Notes: generated from the letters alone by a model not told the origin. DNA of 64,000 bases from an uncultured delta proteobacterium (GCA_963737265.1 CAVTRY010000011.1:64001-128000), one strand, 5' to 3'. Shown: positions 51,154 through 62,400, counted from the stretch's first letter. Translations and numbers: made by a program.

Positions 51154-52989
51154 ATGGCAGACAACTCCAGCGTCAGTAGGCAGATTTGCGGGAAGCTCGG
51201 CAACGACAAGAACCGGTTGATGGACATTCTGCTAGGCGTCCAGGCGCAGGCAGGTTGCATCGCCGGCGAAGCTCTCGACGAAATCGCTCAATCCCTGTCG
51301 ATGAGCAGGGTCGAGGTCGAAAGCGCGGCGACGTTCTACGCCTTCTTCTCCGAGGAGCGGCGCGGGCGATTCGTCATTCGGCTGTGCAACGACGTCATTG
51401 ATCAGATCCATGGCATGGACCGCATCGCCGCGGCTTTCCGCGCCGAGCTCGGCATCGAGTTCGGACAGACCACGGCGGATGGACTGTTTTCGCTCGAATA
51501 CACACCGTGCATCGGGATGTCGGATCAGGCGCCGGCCTTGCTGATCAATCACAAGGTCGTGACTCGAGTCTCGACGGACATGGTGTACGAGATCGTACAA
51601 ACCTTGCGGGCGACCAATGATTTGGGCCAGATCAAGTTTCCCCTCGGAGATGGCAACAACAGCCATCCCCTCGTGCGCGCCATGGTACTTAACAATCTGC
51701 GCGAGCGGGGCGCGGTCGTGTTCGCGCCATCCACACCGGCTGTTGCTCTGCAACGAGCACTTTCGGAACAGCCGGTCGAGATCATCAAGATTGTAAAGGC
51801 GTCGCGCCTGCGCGGGCGCGGCGGGGCTGGTTTCCCGACCGGCATGAAGTGGGAGTTCACCCGTGCGGCCGAGGGTGCACGCAAGTTCATCGTGTGCAAC
51901 GCCGACGAGGGCGAACCCGGGACGTTCAAGGATCGGGTGATCCTCACCGAGGCTGCGGATCTGATGTTCGAGGGCATGACCATCGCTGGCTACGCCATCG
52001 GAGCGGGCGAAGGCATCGTCTACTTGCGCGGTGAATATGCGTACCTGCTGCCATTCCTCGACGACGTGCTCGCCAGGCGGCGCGCGGCAGGTCTGCTTGG
52101 GCGCGACATTTTGGGCAAAACCGGGTTCCGTTTCGATATTCGCATCCAGCTTGGCGCCGGTGCCTACGTGTGCGGCGAGGAAACGGCGCTGCTGAGCTCG
52201 TGTGAAGGCAAGGCCGGGGATCCCAAGACGCGACCTCCATTTCCGGCGCAAAAGGGCTACCTCGGCATGCCCACCGTCATCAACAACGTAGAAACGTATT
52301 GCGCCGCCGCTCGAATCATCGAAAACGGTCCGGGGTGGTTCACGTCCATGGGCACGCCGGGCAGCGCCGGAACCAAGGTGTTCAGCGTGTCCGGCGACTG
52401 TGGCCAGCCGGGCGTCTACGAGCTGCCCTTCGGTATCACCCTCGGCGAGCTCTTGGCTCGCGTGGGCGCAAGCGATACTGTTGCCGTGCAGGTGGGCGGC
52501 GCGGCCGGCCGAATGATTGGGCCGGCGGAATTTGGCCGCAGATTCTGTTACGACGATCTCGCCACCGGCGGCTCGGTCATGGTGTTCGGTCCACAAAGGG
52601 ACGTGCTGGGTGTTGCTCACGCCTTCATGGAATTCTTCGTCGACGAAAGTTGTGGCTACTGCACCCCTTGCCGGGTCGGCACCCGCTTGCTGCTTGAACG
52701 CCTGCGGAGATTCCTGGCCGGCACAGCCGATGGCGCGGATATCGACTATCTGGAAAAGGTCGGGAAAACCATGAAGACGGCAAGCCGATGCGGCCTTGGG
52801 CAGACGGCGGCGAATCCAGTGCTCTCAACCATTCAGAGCTTTCGTCAGAATTATGAGCGCCGGCTCAAGCCGAACGGAGCCGTTTTCCTGTCGTCGTTCG
52901 ATCCGCGCAAAGCCGTTGTCACGGCCGAGGGTATCGCCGGGCGCGCTTCGATGCATTTCGGGACCCAGAAAGGCGAGGTGCAATCGTGA
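51154..52989 (+). CDS. hoxF: NAD-reducing hydrogenase diaphorase subunit HoxF (NuoE-like plus NuoF fusion)
   Basis: LRGRGGAGFPTG, NADEGEPGTFKDR, GAYVCGEET, ESCGYCTPCR; the N-terminal NuoE-like domain keeps only two of four Cys. Confidence 0.9.
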   Translation: MADNSSVSRQICGKLGNDKNRLMDILLGVQAQAGCIAGEALDEIAQSLSMSRVEVESAATFYAFFSEERRGRFVIRLCNDVIDQIHGMDRIAAAFRAELGIEFGQTTADGLFSLEYTPCIGMSDQAPALLINHKVVTRVSTDMVYEIVQTLRATNDLGQIKFPLGDGNNSHPLVRAMVLNNLRERGAVVFAPSTPAVALQRALSEQPVEIIKIVKASRLRGRGGAGFPTGMKWEFTRAAEGARKFIVCNADEGEPGTFKDRVILTEAADLMFEGMTIAGYAIGAGEGIVYLRGEYAYLLPFLDDVLARRRAAGLLGRDILGKTGFRFDIRIQLGAGAYVCGEETALLSSCEGKAGDPKTRPPFPAQKGYLGMPTVINNVETYCAAARIIENGPGWFTSMGTPGSAGTKVFSVSGDCGQPGVYELPFGITLGELLARVGASDTVAVQVGGAAGRMIGPAEFGRRFCYDDLATGGSVMVFGPQRDVLGVAHAFMEFFVDESCGYCTPCRVGTRLLLERLRRFLAGTADGADIDYLEKVGKTMKTASRCGLGQTAANPVLSTIQSFRQNYERRLKPNGAVFLSSFDPRKAVVTAEGIAGRASMHFGTQKGEVQS

Positions 52990-53732
52990 GCACGCAGGGA
53001 AGCAAGCAACAAAGCAAGAATGTCGGCTTCACTATCGACGGCAAGGAAGTGCAGGGTGAGCAGGGGCAGACCATCCTGCAAGCCGCAGCACTAGCCAACA
53101 TCTACATTCCTCACCTGTGCGCGATGCGTGGACTCTCGCCCTGGGGAAGCTGCCGCGTGTGCACAGTGCTGGTGAATGGCCGGCCGCAGGCTGCCTGCAC
53201 CATGCCCATCAGCGAGGGCATGGTGGTGGAGAATGACACCCCGGATCTCAAAGACCTGCGCAGCAGCTTGGTCGAAATGCTTTTCGTCGAGGGCAACCAC
53301 TATTGCATGTTCTGCGAGAAGAGCGGCAATTGTGAATTGCAAGCCGTGGCCTACCGGTTGGGCATTCTTTCGCCACGGCATCCGTACATGTTCCCGGCGC
53401 GCGAAGTGGACGCAAGTCATCCCGATGTGATGTTGGATTACAACCGCTGCATTTTGTGCGCTCGCTGCATACGGGCATCCCGAGAATTGGATGACAAGCA
53501 CGTGTTCCAGTTCATCAAACGGGGGGCCCACAAGCGCGTCGGTGTCAATAGCGCCAATGGCGCTGTTGCAACCAACCTTGTCGTGGACGACAAGGCTGCG
53601 GAAGCATGTCCGGTTGGTTGCATCATCAAGAAGCGCGTGGGCTTTGCCGTGCCGATTGGCCAACGCCTCTACGACAAGAAACCCATTGGCAGCGAAATCG
53701 AAAGCGGACGCGCGGCCACCAGTTCGCGGTAG
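52986..53732 (+). CDS. hoxU: Diaphorase Fe-S subunit HoxU
   Basis: IPHLC..GSCRVC..C, HYCMFCEKSGNCELQ, CILCARC. Confidence 0.9.
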   Translation: MSTQGSKQQSKNVGFTIDGKEVQGEQGQTILQAAALANIYIPHLCAMRGLSPWGSCRVCTVLVNGRPQAACTMPISEGMVVENDTPDLKDLRSSLVEMLFVEGNHYCMFCEKSGNCELQAVAYRLGILSPRHPYMFPAREVDASHPDVMLDYNRCILCARCIRASRELDDKHVFQFIKRGAHKRVGVNSANGAVATNLVVDDKAAEACPVGCIIKKRVGFAVPIGQRLYDKKPIGSEIESGRAATSSR

Positions 53733-53740
53733 GCGGGATC

Positions 53741-54289
53741 ATGGCAAACAAACCCAAGCTGGCGACAGTATCCTTGGCCGGGTGTTTCGGCTGTCACATG
53801 TCGATTCTCGACATTGACGAGCGGATTTTGAAGCTCATTGAATTGGTCGATTTCGATCGGTCGCCGATCGACGATATCAAGAAGATCGAAGGTCGCTGCA
53901 CGGTGGGAATCGTCGAGGGCGGCTGCTGCAACGAAGAGAACGTGCATGTCTTGCAACACTTTCGCGAGCATTGCGACGTGCTGATTTCAACCGGCGACTG
54001 CGCCATCATGGGTGGCATTCCGGCGCTGCGTAACACCATCCCGCTCAAGGAATGTCTGGACGAGGCCTACTTAAAGGGACCGACGGTTTACAATCCACGC
54101 GCGCGCCTGCCGAGCGATCCGGAAATTCCACTCTTGCTCGACCGGGTCTATCCGTGCCACGAAGTGGTCAAAATGGACTACCATTTGCCTGGTTGTCCGC
54201 CCTCGGCCGAGACCATCTGGCAGGCGCTGGTGGCGCTCCTTGGCGGAAAGCCGCTGGAGCTGTCCTACGAGCTTATCAAGTACGACTGA
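53741..54289 (+). CDS. hoxY: Hydrogenase small subunit HoxY
   Basis: GCFGCHMS, GDCA, PGCPP. Confidence 0.92.
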   Translation: MANKPKLATVSLAGCFGCHMSILDIDERILKLIELVDFDRSPIDDIKKIEGRCTVGIVEGGCCNEENVHVLQHFREHCDVLISTGDCAIMGGIPALRNTIPLKECLDEAYLKGPTVYNPRARLPSDPEIPLLLDRVYPCHEVVKMDYHLPGCPPSAETIWQALVALLGGKPLELSYELIKYD

Positions 54290-54307
54290 GAGCGGAGAGG
54301 AGATCCG

Positions 54308-55741
54308 ATGAGCGTTGCCAAGCGAATCGTCATCGAACCCGTGACCCGCGTGGAAGGCCACGGAAAAGTCACCATATTGCTCGACGAGAATCAAAAGGTC
54401 GTGCAGGCCCGCCTGCATGTCGTGGAATTTCGCGGCTTCGAGCGTTTCATCCAGGGGCGTCCCTTCTGGGAAGTTCCGGTGCTGGTACAGCGTCTGTGCG
54501 GTATTTGTCCGGTCAGCCACCATTTGGCCGCCGCCAAGGCCATGGACCGCATCGTGGGCGGCGAGAACCTGACGCCGACGGCGGAGAAAATTCGCCGCCT
54601 CATGCACTACGGGCAAACCTACCAATCGCACGCGCTGCATTTCTTCCATCTGGCTTCGCCCGACCTGCTGTTTGGTTTTGGCTCGGACGTCGCCACCCGC
54701 AATGTTATCGGTGTGGCGGGCAAGCATCCGGAGCTGGCGCTGCAGGCCGTGATGATGCGCAAGTACGGCCAGGAGATCATCAAGGCCACGGCAGGCAAGA
54801 AGATCCACGGCACCGGCGCCATTCCCGGCGGGGTCAACAAGAACCTGTCCATTCCCGAGCGCGACGGGTTCCTCAAGGACGTCGAGCAGCAGCTGGCGTG
54901 GGCGAAGGCGGCGGTCAAGATCGCCAAGGACTACACGGTGCAAAACCTGGCCAGTCTGGCGCCCTTCGGATCCTTTGAATCCAACCATCTGTCGCTGGTG
55001 CGCGCCGACGGTGCGATGGATCTGTACCACGGCAACCTGCGCGCCATCGACGGGCAAGGGAATATCATTTTCGAACAGGTCGACTACCAAAAGTACGTCG
55101 AACTCATCGCGGAAGAAGTCCGCGATTGGTCGTACATGAAATTTCCATTCATTCGATCGGTCGGGCCGGAAAAGGGATGGTACCGGGTGGGACCGCTGGC
55201 ACGACTCAACACCGCCGGTTTCATCGATACGCCGCTGGCCGAGGCGGAACGTAAGGAGTTTCGCGCCGTCACCGCCAACAAGCCGAACAACATCACCATG
55301 GCCTATCACTGGGCGCGCATGGTCGAATTGCTGCACGCGATGGAGAAAATCCAGGCGCTCCTCGATGACAAGGATCTGCAAGGCACGAATCTGGTGGTCA
55401 AGGGCCAGCGGCGCGAGGTCGGCATCGGTCTTATCGAAGCGCCGCGCGGAACCTTGTTCCATCACTACAAGGTGGACAAGAACGACCAGGTCGTGTCAGC
55501 CAATCTTATCGTGTCGACCACTAACAACAATGAGCCCATGAACCGGGCGGTGGCCAAGGTGGCGCAGGACCATTTACAGGGCGTGGAGATCACCGAGGGC
55601 TTGCTCAATCACGTCGAGGTCGCCATTCGCGCCTACGATCCGTGCCTTTCGTGCGCGACGCACGCGCTCGGGCAAATGCCGTTGGAAGTGACCGTGGTCG
55701 ATCTCCAAGGCGAGATCCTTTCGCAGAAGAGCAGGGGATGA
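54308..55741 (+). CDS. hoxH: [NiFe] hydrogenase large subunit HoxH (group 3d)
   Basis: TRVEGH, L1 RLCGICPVSH, L2 YDPCLSCATH plus a cleavable extension. Confidence 0.95.
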   Translation: MSVAKRIVIEPVTRVEGHGKVTILLDENQKVVQARLHVVEFRGFERFIQGRPFWEVPVLVQRLCGICPVSHHLAAAKAMDRIVGGENLTPTAEKIRRLMHYGQTYQSHALHFFHLASPDLLFGFGSDVATRNVIGVAGKHPELALQAVMMRKYGQEIIKATAGKKIHGTGAIPGGVNKNLSIPERDGFLKDVEQQLAWAKAAVKIAKDYTVQNLASLAPFGSFESNHLSLVRADGAMDLYHGNLRAIDGQGNIIFEQVDYQKYVELIAEEVRDWSYMKFPFIRSVGPEKGWYRVGPLARLNTAGFIDTPLAEAERKEFRAVTANKPNNITMAYHWARMVELLHAMEKIQALLDDKDLQGTNLVVKGQRREVGIGLIEAPRGTLFHHYKVDKNDQVVSANLIVSTTNNNEPMNRAVAKVAQDHLQGVEITEGLLNHVEVAIRAYDPCLSCATHALGQMPLEVTVVDLQGEILSQKSRG

Positions 55742-56271
55742 GTCGCGCGACCGACAGGGTGCTGGTTTATGGCTACGGCAATCCTGGCCGCCGTGACGAC
55801 GGCCTCGGACCAGCGTTCGCGTCCGCGGTGGAAGCCCTCGATTTGCCCGGGGTCGCGGTGGACGCCAACTATCAGCTCACTGTGGAGGACGCGGCTGACC
55901 TCGGTGGCTGTGCAGCGGTGGTGTTTGTCGACGCGGCCAAGCAAGGGCCAGAGCCATTCTGGTTTTCAGGTGTCGTCGATTCGGCCGTGACGAGCATCGG
56001 CTGGACCAGCCACAGCGTCACGGCGACCCAGGTCGTGGCGTTGGCGCGCGAGCTGTTTGCCAGCAAGGCCGCTGCCTATACGCTTGGCATCCGCGGATAT
56101 GAATTTGCCGATCTTGGCGAAGGGCTGTCGGCGCGAGCAAAAGACAACTTGGACAAGGCCGTGGAATTCGCCAAGACGGCGCTCGTCGATCGTCACTTCG
56201 ACCATTATGTGCGAGAATTTGCGTACCCGGCCGCGGGTTTCGTCGCCGGCGGCTCAACCTGGAAGGCGTAA
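55738..56271 (+). CDS. hoxW: Hydrogenase maturation endopeptidase
   Basis: GYGNPGRRDDGLG, VFVDA, TSH. Confidence 0.9.
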   Translation: MSRATDRVLVYGYGNPGRRDDGLGPAFASAVEALDLPGVAVDANYQLTVEDAADLGGCAAVVFVDAAKQGPEPFWFSGVVDSAVTSIGWTSHSVTATQVVALARELFASKAAAYTLGIRGYEFADLGEGLSARAKDNLDKAVEFAKTALVDRHFDHYVREFAYPAAGFVAGGSTWKA

Positions 56272-56273
56272 CC

Positions 56274-56651
56274 ATGAGCGATGGAAAACACCTCATCCTT
56301 TGCGTCGATGACGACGCCGACCTTCTCGACCTTCTGCGCATGCAGCTTGAAAAGGGCGGCTATCGCGTGGAGTCGGCATTCTCGGCCGAAGAGGGCTTGG
56401 TCAAGTTCAAACAACTCCAGCCCGATCTCGTCATCCTCGATTTGATGATGGAAGAGATCGACGCCGGAACCAACCTGGTCAAGGAGCTCAAGCTGGCTGG
56501 CAATCGCGCGCCTGTGCTGCTGCTCAGCTCCATGGGCGATCAACTGAGCTTATCGACCGGCTATCGCGAGCTGGGTTTGGATGCCGTGTTTCAGAAGCCG
56601 GTGAACGCCGAGGCGCTGTTGCGTACGATCAAAGCCAAGCTCGCGCCTTAG
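56274..56651 (+). CDS. Single-domain response regulator
   Basis: VDDD, PDLVILDLMM, QKP. Confidence 0.92.
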   Translation: MSDGKHLILCVDDDADLLDLLRMQLEKGGYRVESAFSAEEGLVKFKQLQPDLVILDLMMEEIDAGTNLVKELKLAGNRAPVLLLSSMGDQLSLSTGYRELGLDAVFQKPVNAEALLRTIKAKLAP

Positions 56652-56679
56652 CGGACTGGGGTTCCACCTGCCAACCACG

Positions 56680-58062
56680 ATGGAAGCAGTGGAAGGCCAT
56701 CCGTTGATTCTTTCGCACAGTCTGCTGCTGGGCGAGCGTCTGTACTTTTTCACGCGCCTGCGCTTTCTGGCCGCGCTCGGCATTCTGGTGGGAGCACCGT
56801 TTGCTACCTTCGTCGTCGGCATTCGGGGACTTGACCTCGCGGCGTTGACGGCTGCAGCGATTTTCCTGGCAACGTACAACGTCGCTATTTTCTTCGCTGT
56901 CCGACCTTTCCGCCGCCCCCAGGACGAGCCACGGATTTACCGCCGCTTGGTTGGAATTGCTCACCTCTCGATTCTCTTCGACTATTGGGTCCTGACGTAC
57001 GCCACCTGGTTGGTGGGCGGCTCGCAGTCGCCTTTCCTGGCCTTCTACCTTCTGCACGCAATTCTCGCCTGCGTGCTGCTATCGCGCCAAGCGGCCTATG
57101 TCCACGCGACCCTCGGGTACCTCCTGCTCGCCGGCCTGGTGCTTGGGGAATGGTTCGGCGTCCTCGCCAAGCACCGTCCCATCGGGGCGGTGCCCGGTGG
57201 CCCCGGGGCTGAGGTGCGCGTGGTCATGACCGTACTCTTTGTCTACGGTTTGTTGATGGCGGTAACCACCGTCCTGACGAGCGGAATCGTCCGTCTGCTG
57301 CGCGAAAGCGATCGCCGGCTGCGCGAGGCCGGCGATCGATTGGAACGCCTGGCGGACATGCGCCGCTCGTTTCTTCACGTCGTCTTGCACGATTTACGCA
57401 GCCCTGTCGGAACCGTGGTTGCCATGCTCGAAGGTTTGCACAGCGGCATCGATGGCCCTCTTGGCGAAGCACAGAAACATCGCGTGGGCAGGGCCGGCGA
57501 GCGATTGCGAGGCGTTCTTGATCTTCTGCGCGGGCTGCGCATTCTGGCCGATTTGGAGACGGAACGTCTGGACAGCATGATGGCTCCGGTGGATATGCTG
57601 GATCTGATTCGGGCCTTGGTGGAAGACCACCTTGATGCGGCCGAGCAGCGCGGGCACAGCTTGCGAACGGTTTTGCCGGCATCGCTGCCTCAGGTCCGCG
57701 GCGTCGATCGATTGATTCGCGAAGCCCTGGCCAACTACGTGTCCAACGCCATCAAATACACCGATCGGGGCGGTGCCATCACCGTTCGCGCGGAACAGGC
57801 AGGGCAGGGTGTGCGGGTTGAGGTAGCCGATAACGGGCCTGGTATCGCCGGCGAAGCGCAGAATCGCCTGTTCCAGGAATTCAATAAGGTGGGCAAGCCC
57901 GGATCGAGTTCCGGCGAAGCCGCTGGGATCGGGTTGGGTCTGTCCATCGTCCGACGCATCGCCGAGGCGCACGGCGGCAGCTTCGGCGTGGTCAGCCAGG
58001 CCGGCGAGGGCAGCATCTTCTTCTTCGAGCTGCCCGCCGTTGCCCCCGTGACGACCCGGTAG
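56680..58062 (+). CDS. Membrane sensor histidine kinase
   Basis: About 6 TM helices; HDLRSP, SNAIKY, DNGPGI, GIGLGL. Confidence 0.92.
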   Translation: MEAVEGHPLILSHSLLLGERLYFFTRLRFLAALGILVGAPFATFVVGIRGLDLAALTAAAIFLATYNVAIFFAVRPFRRPQDEPRIYRRLVGIAHLSILFDYWVLTYATWLVGGSQSPFLAFYLLHAILACVLLSRQAAYVHATLGYLLLAGLVLGEWFGVLAKHRPIGAVPGGPGAEVRVVMTVLFVYGLLMAVTTVLTSGIVRLLRESDRRLREAGDRLERLADMRRSFLHVVLHDLRSPVGTVVAMLEGLHSGIDGPLGEAQKHRVGRAGERLRGVLDLLRGLRILADLETERLDSMMAPVDMLDLIRALVEDHLDAAEQRGHSLRTVLPASLPQVRGVDRLIREALANYVSNAIKYTDRGGAITVRAEQAGQGVRVEVADNGPGIAGEAQNRLFQEFNKVGKPGSSSGEAAGIGLGLSIVRRIAEAHGGSFGVVSQAGEGSIFFFELPAVAPVTTR

Positions 58063-58294
58063 CGCTGCGGTCTGCCCATTTTTTGTTGTGACAAAAAAGA
58101 CGATGAAGTTTGCGTCGGCGAGATTCCGAGTTTCGAAGAAAGTACAAGAATGCCGTCCACGCGCAGCGGTATTGCTTGATATCTCCGCATAAGCACGGCG
58201 GTTTGTCCTGGCTAGCAGGTATTCCGACCGCCAAATGATTGATTAACCCGGCATGTTCGGTGCTTGACTTGCCTTCGATGCACCGGTAAATAGA

Positions 58295-58329
58295 TCGTTA
58301 CAGAATTCACAGCGTGACTTCATGCACGG
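58295..58329 (+). promoter_or_regulatory. Tandem Rex-like operators upstream of rex
   Basis: TCGTTACAGAATTCACAG and GCGTGACTTCATGCACGG vs TTGTGAA-N4-TTCACAA, just downstream of TTGACT-N17-TAAATA. Confidence 0.55.
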
Positions 58330-58347
58330 TGGTACCGGGGTAGGCCC

Positions 58348-59037
58348 ATGAACAAGCAAAAAATCCCAAGCCGATGTGTAGAGCGCCTCAGTATCTACAG
58401 GCGTGCCTTGCTTCAGGATCGCTGTGCTTCTGGCCCAAGCATTTTTTCGCACCAGCTGGCGTTTGCCTGCCGGCTGACTGCGGCCCAGGTGCGGCGAGAC
58501 TTGATGCTTATCGGGTACAGCGGGAGTCCGACCACCGGTTACGAGGTCAAGCGCCTGCTTTCGTCCATCGGCACCTTGATCGATCCGCCCGAGATACGCG
58601 AGGTGGCCATTGTTGGCATGGGACACCTCGGGCGCGCCATCGCGGCCTACTTGGCCAATCGTCTGCCGAAGATTCGCCTTGCCGCGGGCTTCGATGTCAA
58701 CCCAGACAAGATCGGCGCCACGTTCAGTGGCGTGCGCTGCCATTCGGTTCAGAAACTGGCCGAGGTAGTGGCCGAAAGGAAGATCGGCCTCGGTATCCTG
58801 ACCGTACCCGCCGAGCACGCGCAGGCCGCGGCCGAGCAGTTGGTCCACGCTGGCGTCACCGGCATTCTCAACTTCGCCCCGGTGTGCCTGCACATTCCAA
58901 GTCGCGTCTCCGTCGAGAGCATCGACATGACGGTGGCTTTGGAAAAGGTGGCCTTTTTCGCCTGCGGCAGTTCTAGAAGAAAAGGAACAATCGATGACCA
59001 CAGCAGCACGAGCAACATCGACCAAACCGCTCCTTAA
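58348..59037 (+). CDS. rex: Redox-sensing repressor Rex
   Basis: IP..RLSIYRR, QVRRDL, GY.V, VGMGHLGRA, ILNFAP. Confidence 0.94.
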   Translation: MNKQKIPSRCVERLSIYRRALLQDRCASGPSIFSHQLAFACRLTAAQVRRDLMLIGYSGSPTTGYEVKRLLSSIGTLIDPPEIREVAIVGMGHLGRAIAAYLANRLPKIRLAAGFDVNPDKIGATFSGVRCHSVQKLAEVVAERKIGLGILTVPAEHAQAAAEQLVHAGVTGILNFAPVCLHIPSRVSVESIDMTVALEKVAFFACGSSRRKGTIDDHSSTSNIDQTAP

Positions 59038-59488
59038 GGAGTTTGGCGAGGCCAAGCGAGACAGTCTGATCCCGATCCTTCAGAAAGCCCAAGAGGTTCA
59101 TGGCTACCTATCGGAAGAGGCCATCGCCGAGATAGGGCGCCACCTCAAGCTTCCCGCGAGCAAGGTCTACGGCGTCGCGACCTTCTACAATCAGTTTCGC
59201 TTCACGCCCAAGGGCAAGTACCACATCATGTTGTGCCGCGGGACCGCCTGCCACGTGAAGGGCTCGCTCAAGCTGCTCGACGCGGTCACGCGTACGCTGA
59301 AATTGCAAGCCGGCCAGACCACCCGCGACGGGCTGTTCAGCCTGGAGGTCGTGGCGTGCATGGGTGCCTGCGGTTTGGCGCCGGCCATGAGCATCAACGG
59401 CGAGATGCACGCCAAGGTCACCCCCAAGAAGGTCGCTAAGCTTCTCGAAGAGTGCCGCGCCAAGGAGCAGGTCCATGCCCACGCCTGA
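58994..59488 (+). CDS. [FeFe] hydrogenase [2Fe-2S] subunit (HydC/HndA, NuoE-like)
   Basis: LIPILQ..GVATFY, CRGTAC..CMGAC. Confidence 0.9.
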   Translation: MTTAARATSTKPLLKEFGEAKRDSLIPILQKAQEVHGYLSEEAIAEIGRHLKLPASKVYGVATFYNQFRFTPKGKYHIMLCRGTACHVKGSLKLLDAVTRTLKLQAGQTTRDGLFSLEVVACMGACGLAPAMSINGEMHAKVTPKKVAKLLEECRAKEQVHAHA

Positions 59489-62400
59489 GACATCTACCAA
59501 GACAACCTGTTGGACCGCGCCCTCGCAGCCAACCGCCGAGCTTTTGGCTAAGTTGCCGGTCGGTCCGCTTTCCGCGAACGCCGGCCCCAATATCGGCGAG
59601 CGCATCACCCTGCTTCGTCGCGACGAGGTGCGCAAGCCGACCATTTTGATTGGCACGGGCACCTGCGGTCTCGGCGCTGGCGCGGCCAAGACCATGGAAG
59701 CGGCGAAAGCCTACGTCGCCAAACGCATGATCGATGCGGAGGTCGTCGAGGTTGGCTGCCTCGGCATGTGCTCGGAAGAACCTATGCTCGATGTGCAGCT
59801 GCCGGGCAAGGCGCGCATCAGCTTCTGCCGAGTTACCGCCGACAAAGTTGGCGGGGTGCTCGACGCCGCCTTGGCTGGCAAGTTGCCCCAAGACGGAGTG
59901 CTCGGCCAATTCCGCGGCGCTGCCGGCGAGCCCTGGGCCAAGGTGCCCTTCCTCGACCAACACCCATTTTTCGCCCCGCAGCTGCGCTGGGTGCTTGCCA
60001 ACTCGGGCATCATCGATCCCGGCAGCATCGACGAATACATCGCGCGCGGCGGCTACAGCTCGCTGGAAAATACCCTGCGCACGAAAAAGCCCGACGAGGT
60101 TTGCGACATCGTGGCCAAGGGCGGCCTGCGCGGCCGTGGCGGCGGCGGGTTCCCCACCGGGATGAAGTGGAAGTTCGCGCGCGAGGCTCCCGGCGACCAC
60201 AAATACCTCATTTGCAACGCGGACGAGGGCGATCCCGGAGCCTTCATGGATCGCGCGGTGGCGGAAAGTGATCCCTATCGTTTGCTCGAAGGCATGGTGA
60301 TCGCGGCCTATGCCATCGGCGCCAGCAAGGCGTACATCTACATTCGCGCCGAGTACCCGCTCGCCATCGAGCGTCTGCGCGTGGCCATTCCCAAGGCCAC
60401 GGAATACGGACTACTCGGCAAGAACATCCTGGGCAGCGGTTTCGACTTGGAAATCGTGCTCAAACTTGGCGCCGGTGCCTTCGTGTGCGGTGAAGAAACC
60501 GCGCTTATGCAAAGCATCGAGGGCAAGCGCGGAATGCCACGGCCGCGACCGCCTTTCCCGGCCGTCAAGGGCCTGTTCGGCATGCCTACGGTCATCAACA
60601 ACGTCGAGACGCTGGCCTGCGTGTCCACGCTGATGGAGATGGGCGGCGATGCATTCGCCGCGGTTGGCACAGCTAAGAGCAAGGGCACCAAGGTGTTCGC
60701 GCTTTCGGGCATGGTCAGCCGCACCGGCCTCGTCGAAGTGCCCATGGGCACCACCATCCGCAAGATCGTGTTCGACGTAGGCGGTGGCAATCCCTCGGGC
60801 AAGAAATGCAAGGCGGTTCAGATCGGCGGTCCATCGGGCGGCTGCATCCCTGAACCGAAGATGGACATCATCGTCGACTACGATGCCATCAAGGAACTGG
60901 GCGCCATCATGGGCTCGGGCGGCTTGGTCGTGCTCGACGAAACCACCTGCATGGTCGACTTGGCCAAGTTCTTCATGGAGTTCATCCAGAACGAGAGCTG
61001 CGGCAAGTGCATCCCGTGCCGCGAAGGCACCAAGCGCATGCTGGAGATCTTGCAAGCCATCACCCGGCCGCGCCGGCGTGAAAACGGCAACGATGCTCTG
61101 CTGCGTTTTCAGGGCGTCATGCAGCTCAAGCAACTGGCCGAAACCATCCGCATCAGCTCGCTGTGTGGCCTCGGCCAGACCGCGCCCAATCCGGTGCTCA
61201 GCACCATGCGCTGGTTCCGCGACGAGTACGAAGCGCACATCTTCGATCGCGCTTGTCCGGCGGGCACCTGCAAGGATCTCGTCGGGGCGCCTTGTCAGAC
61301 TGGCTGTCCGGTGGGCACCGAAGTGTGGCGCTACGTCGCGCACCTTGGACGCGGCGAAACCGAGCTGGCCTATCAAGCCATCCGCGAGGCCAACCCGTTT
61401 CCGTCGGTATGCGCCCGCGTGTGCAGCCATCCCTGCGAGGATGTCTGCCGCTGCGGCGCCACGGGCGGCGAACCCATCGCGGTGCGCGCGCTCAAGCGCT
61501 ACGTGGTGGATCACGTCGATCCGTCCGCGTACCGGGTGACTCTCAAGGGCGCCACCCCCAAGTCGAAGAAGGTGGCGGTCATTGGCGCCGGACCCTCGGG
61601 CCTTACGGCGGCACACTACCTGTCGCTCAAGGGACACAAGGTCACGGTGTTCGAGAAGGAGAACGAGCCGGGCGGCATGCTTTTCAACGGCATTCCGGCC
61701 TATCGGCTGCCGCGCGACGTGGTTCGCAAGGAGATCGCGTCGCTGCTCAACGACAACATCGAGCTCAAGTGCAATATCGCCTTGGGCAAGGACGTCACGG
61801 TCGACGGTCTCTTGGCGAGCGGGTTCGACGCGGTCTACGTCTCGATCGGCGCGTACAAGAGTCAGCGTCTCGGCATCGACGGCGAGCATGTGGCCGGCGT
61901 GATTCCTGGCATGGCCTTCCTCAAGGCCAACAACTTGCGCGGCGAAACCTTGGCGCAAGGCAAGGTGGGCATCATTGGCGGTGGTAACACCGCCATGGAT
62001 GCCGCCCGCGTGGCGCTGCGCCAACCCGGGGTCGACAAGGTCACCATCCTCTACCGGCGGACGCGCGACGAAATGCCCGCCTTCGAGGAGGAGGTCCACG
62101 CCGCCCTCGAGGAGGGCATCGAGATCAAGGAGTTGGCAACTCCTGTCGCGGTGCTGTCGGAGAATGGCAAGCTCACCGGCGTGCGCCTGCTCCGCAACGA
62201 GCTCGGCGACCAGGATTCGAGCGGCCGGCGCAAACCGGTGCCGGTCAAGGGCAGCGAATTCGACGTCGCGCTCGATACGTTGATCGTGGCCATCAGCGAA
62301 CAGCCAGAGGCCGAGTCCTTCCAAGGTCTGCGCACCACCAAGTGGGGCACCATCGAGACCAACTCCGAGTCGACCGCGGCCGGCCGGCCCGGTGTATTCA

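Noticed and set aside
60411-62324. Long antisense ORFs (also 4841-6406, 51232-52620, 54071-55465, 39360-40814)
   Set aside because: Shadow frames of well-supported genes in high-GC DNA, with no recognisable motifs
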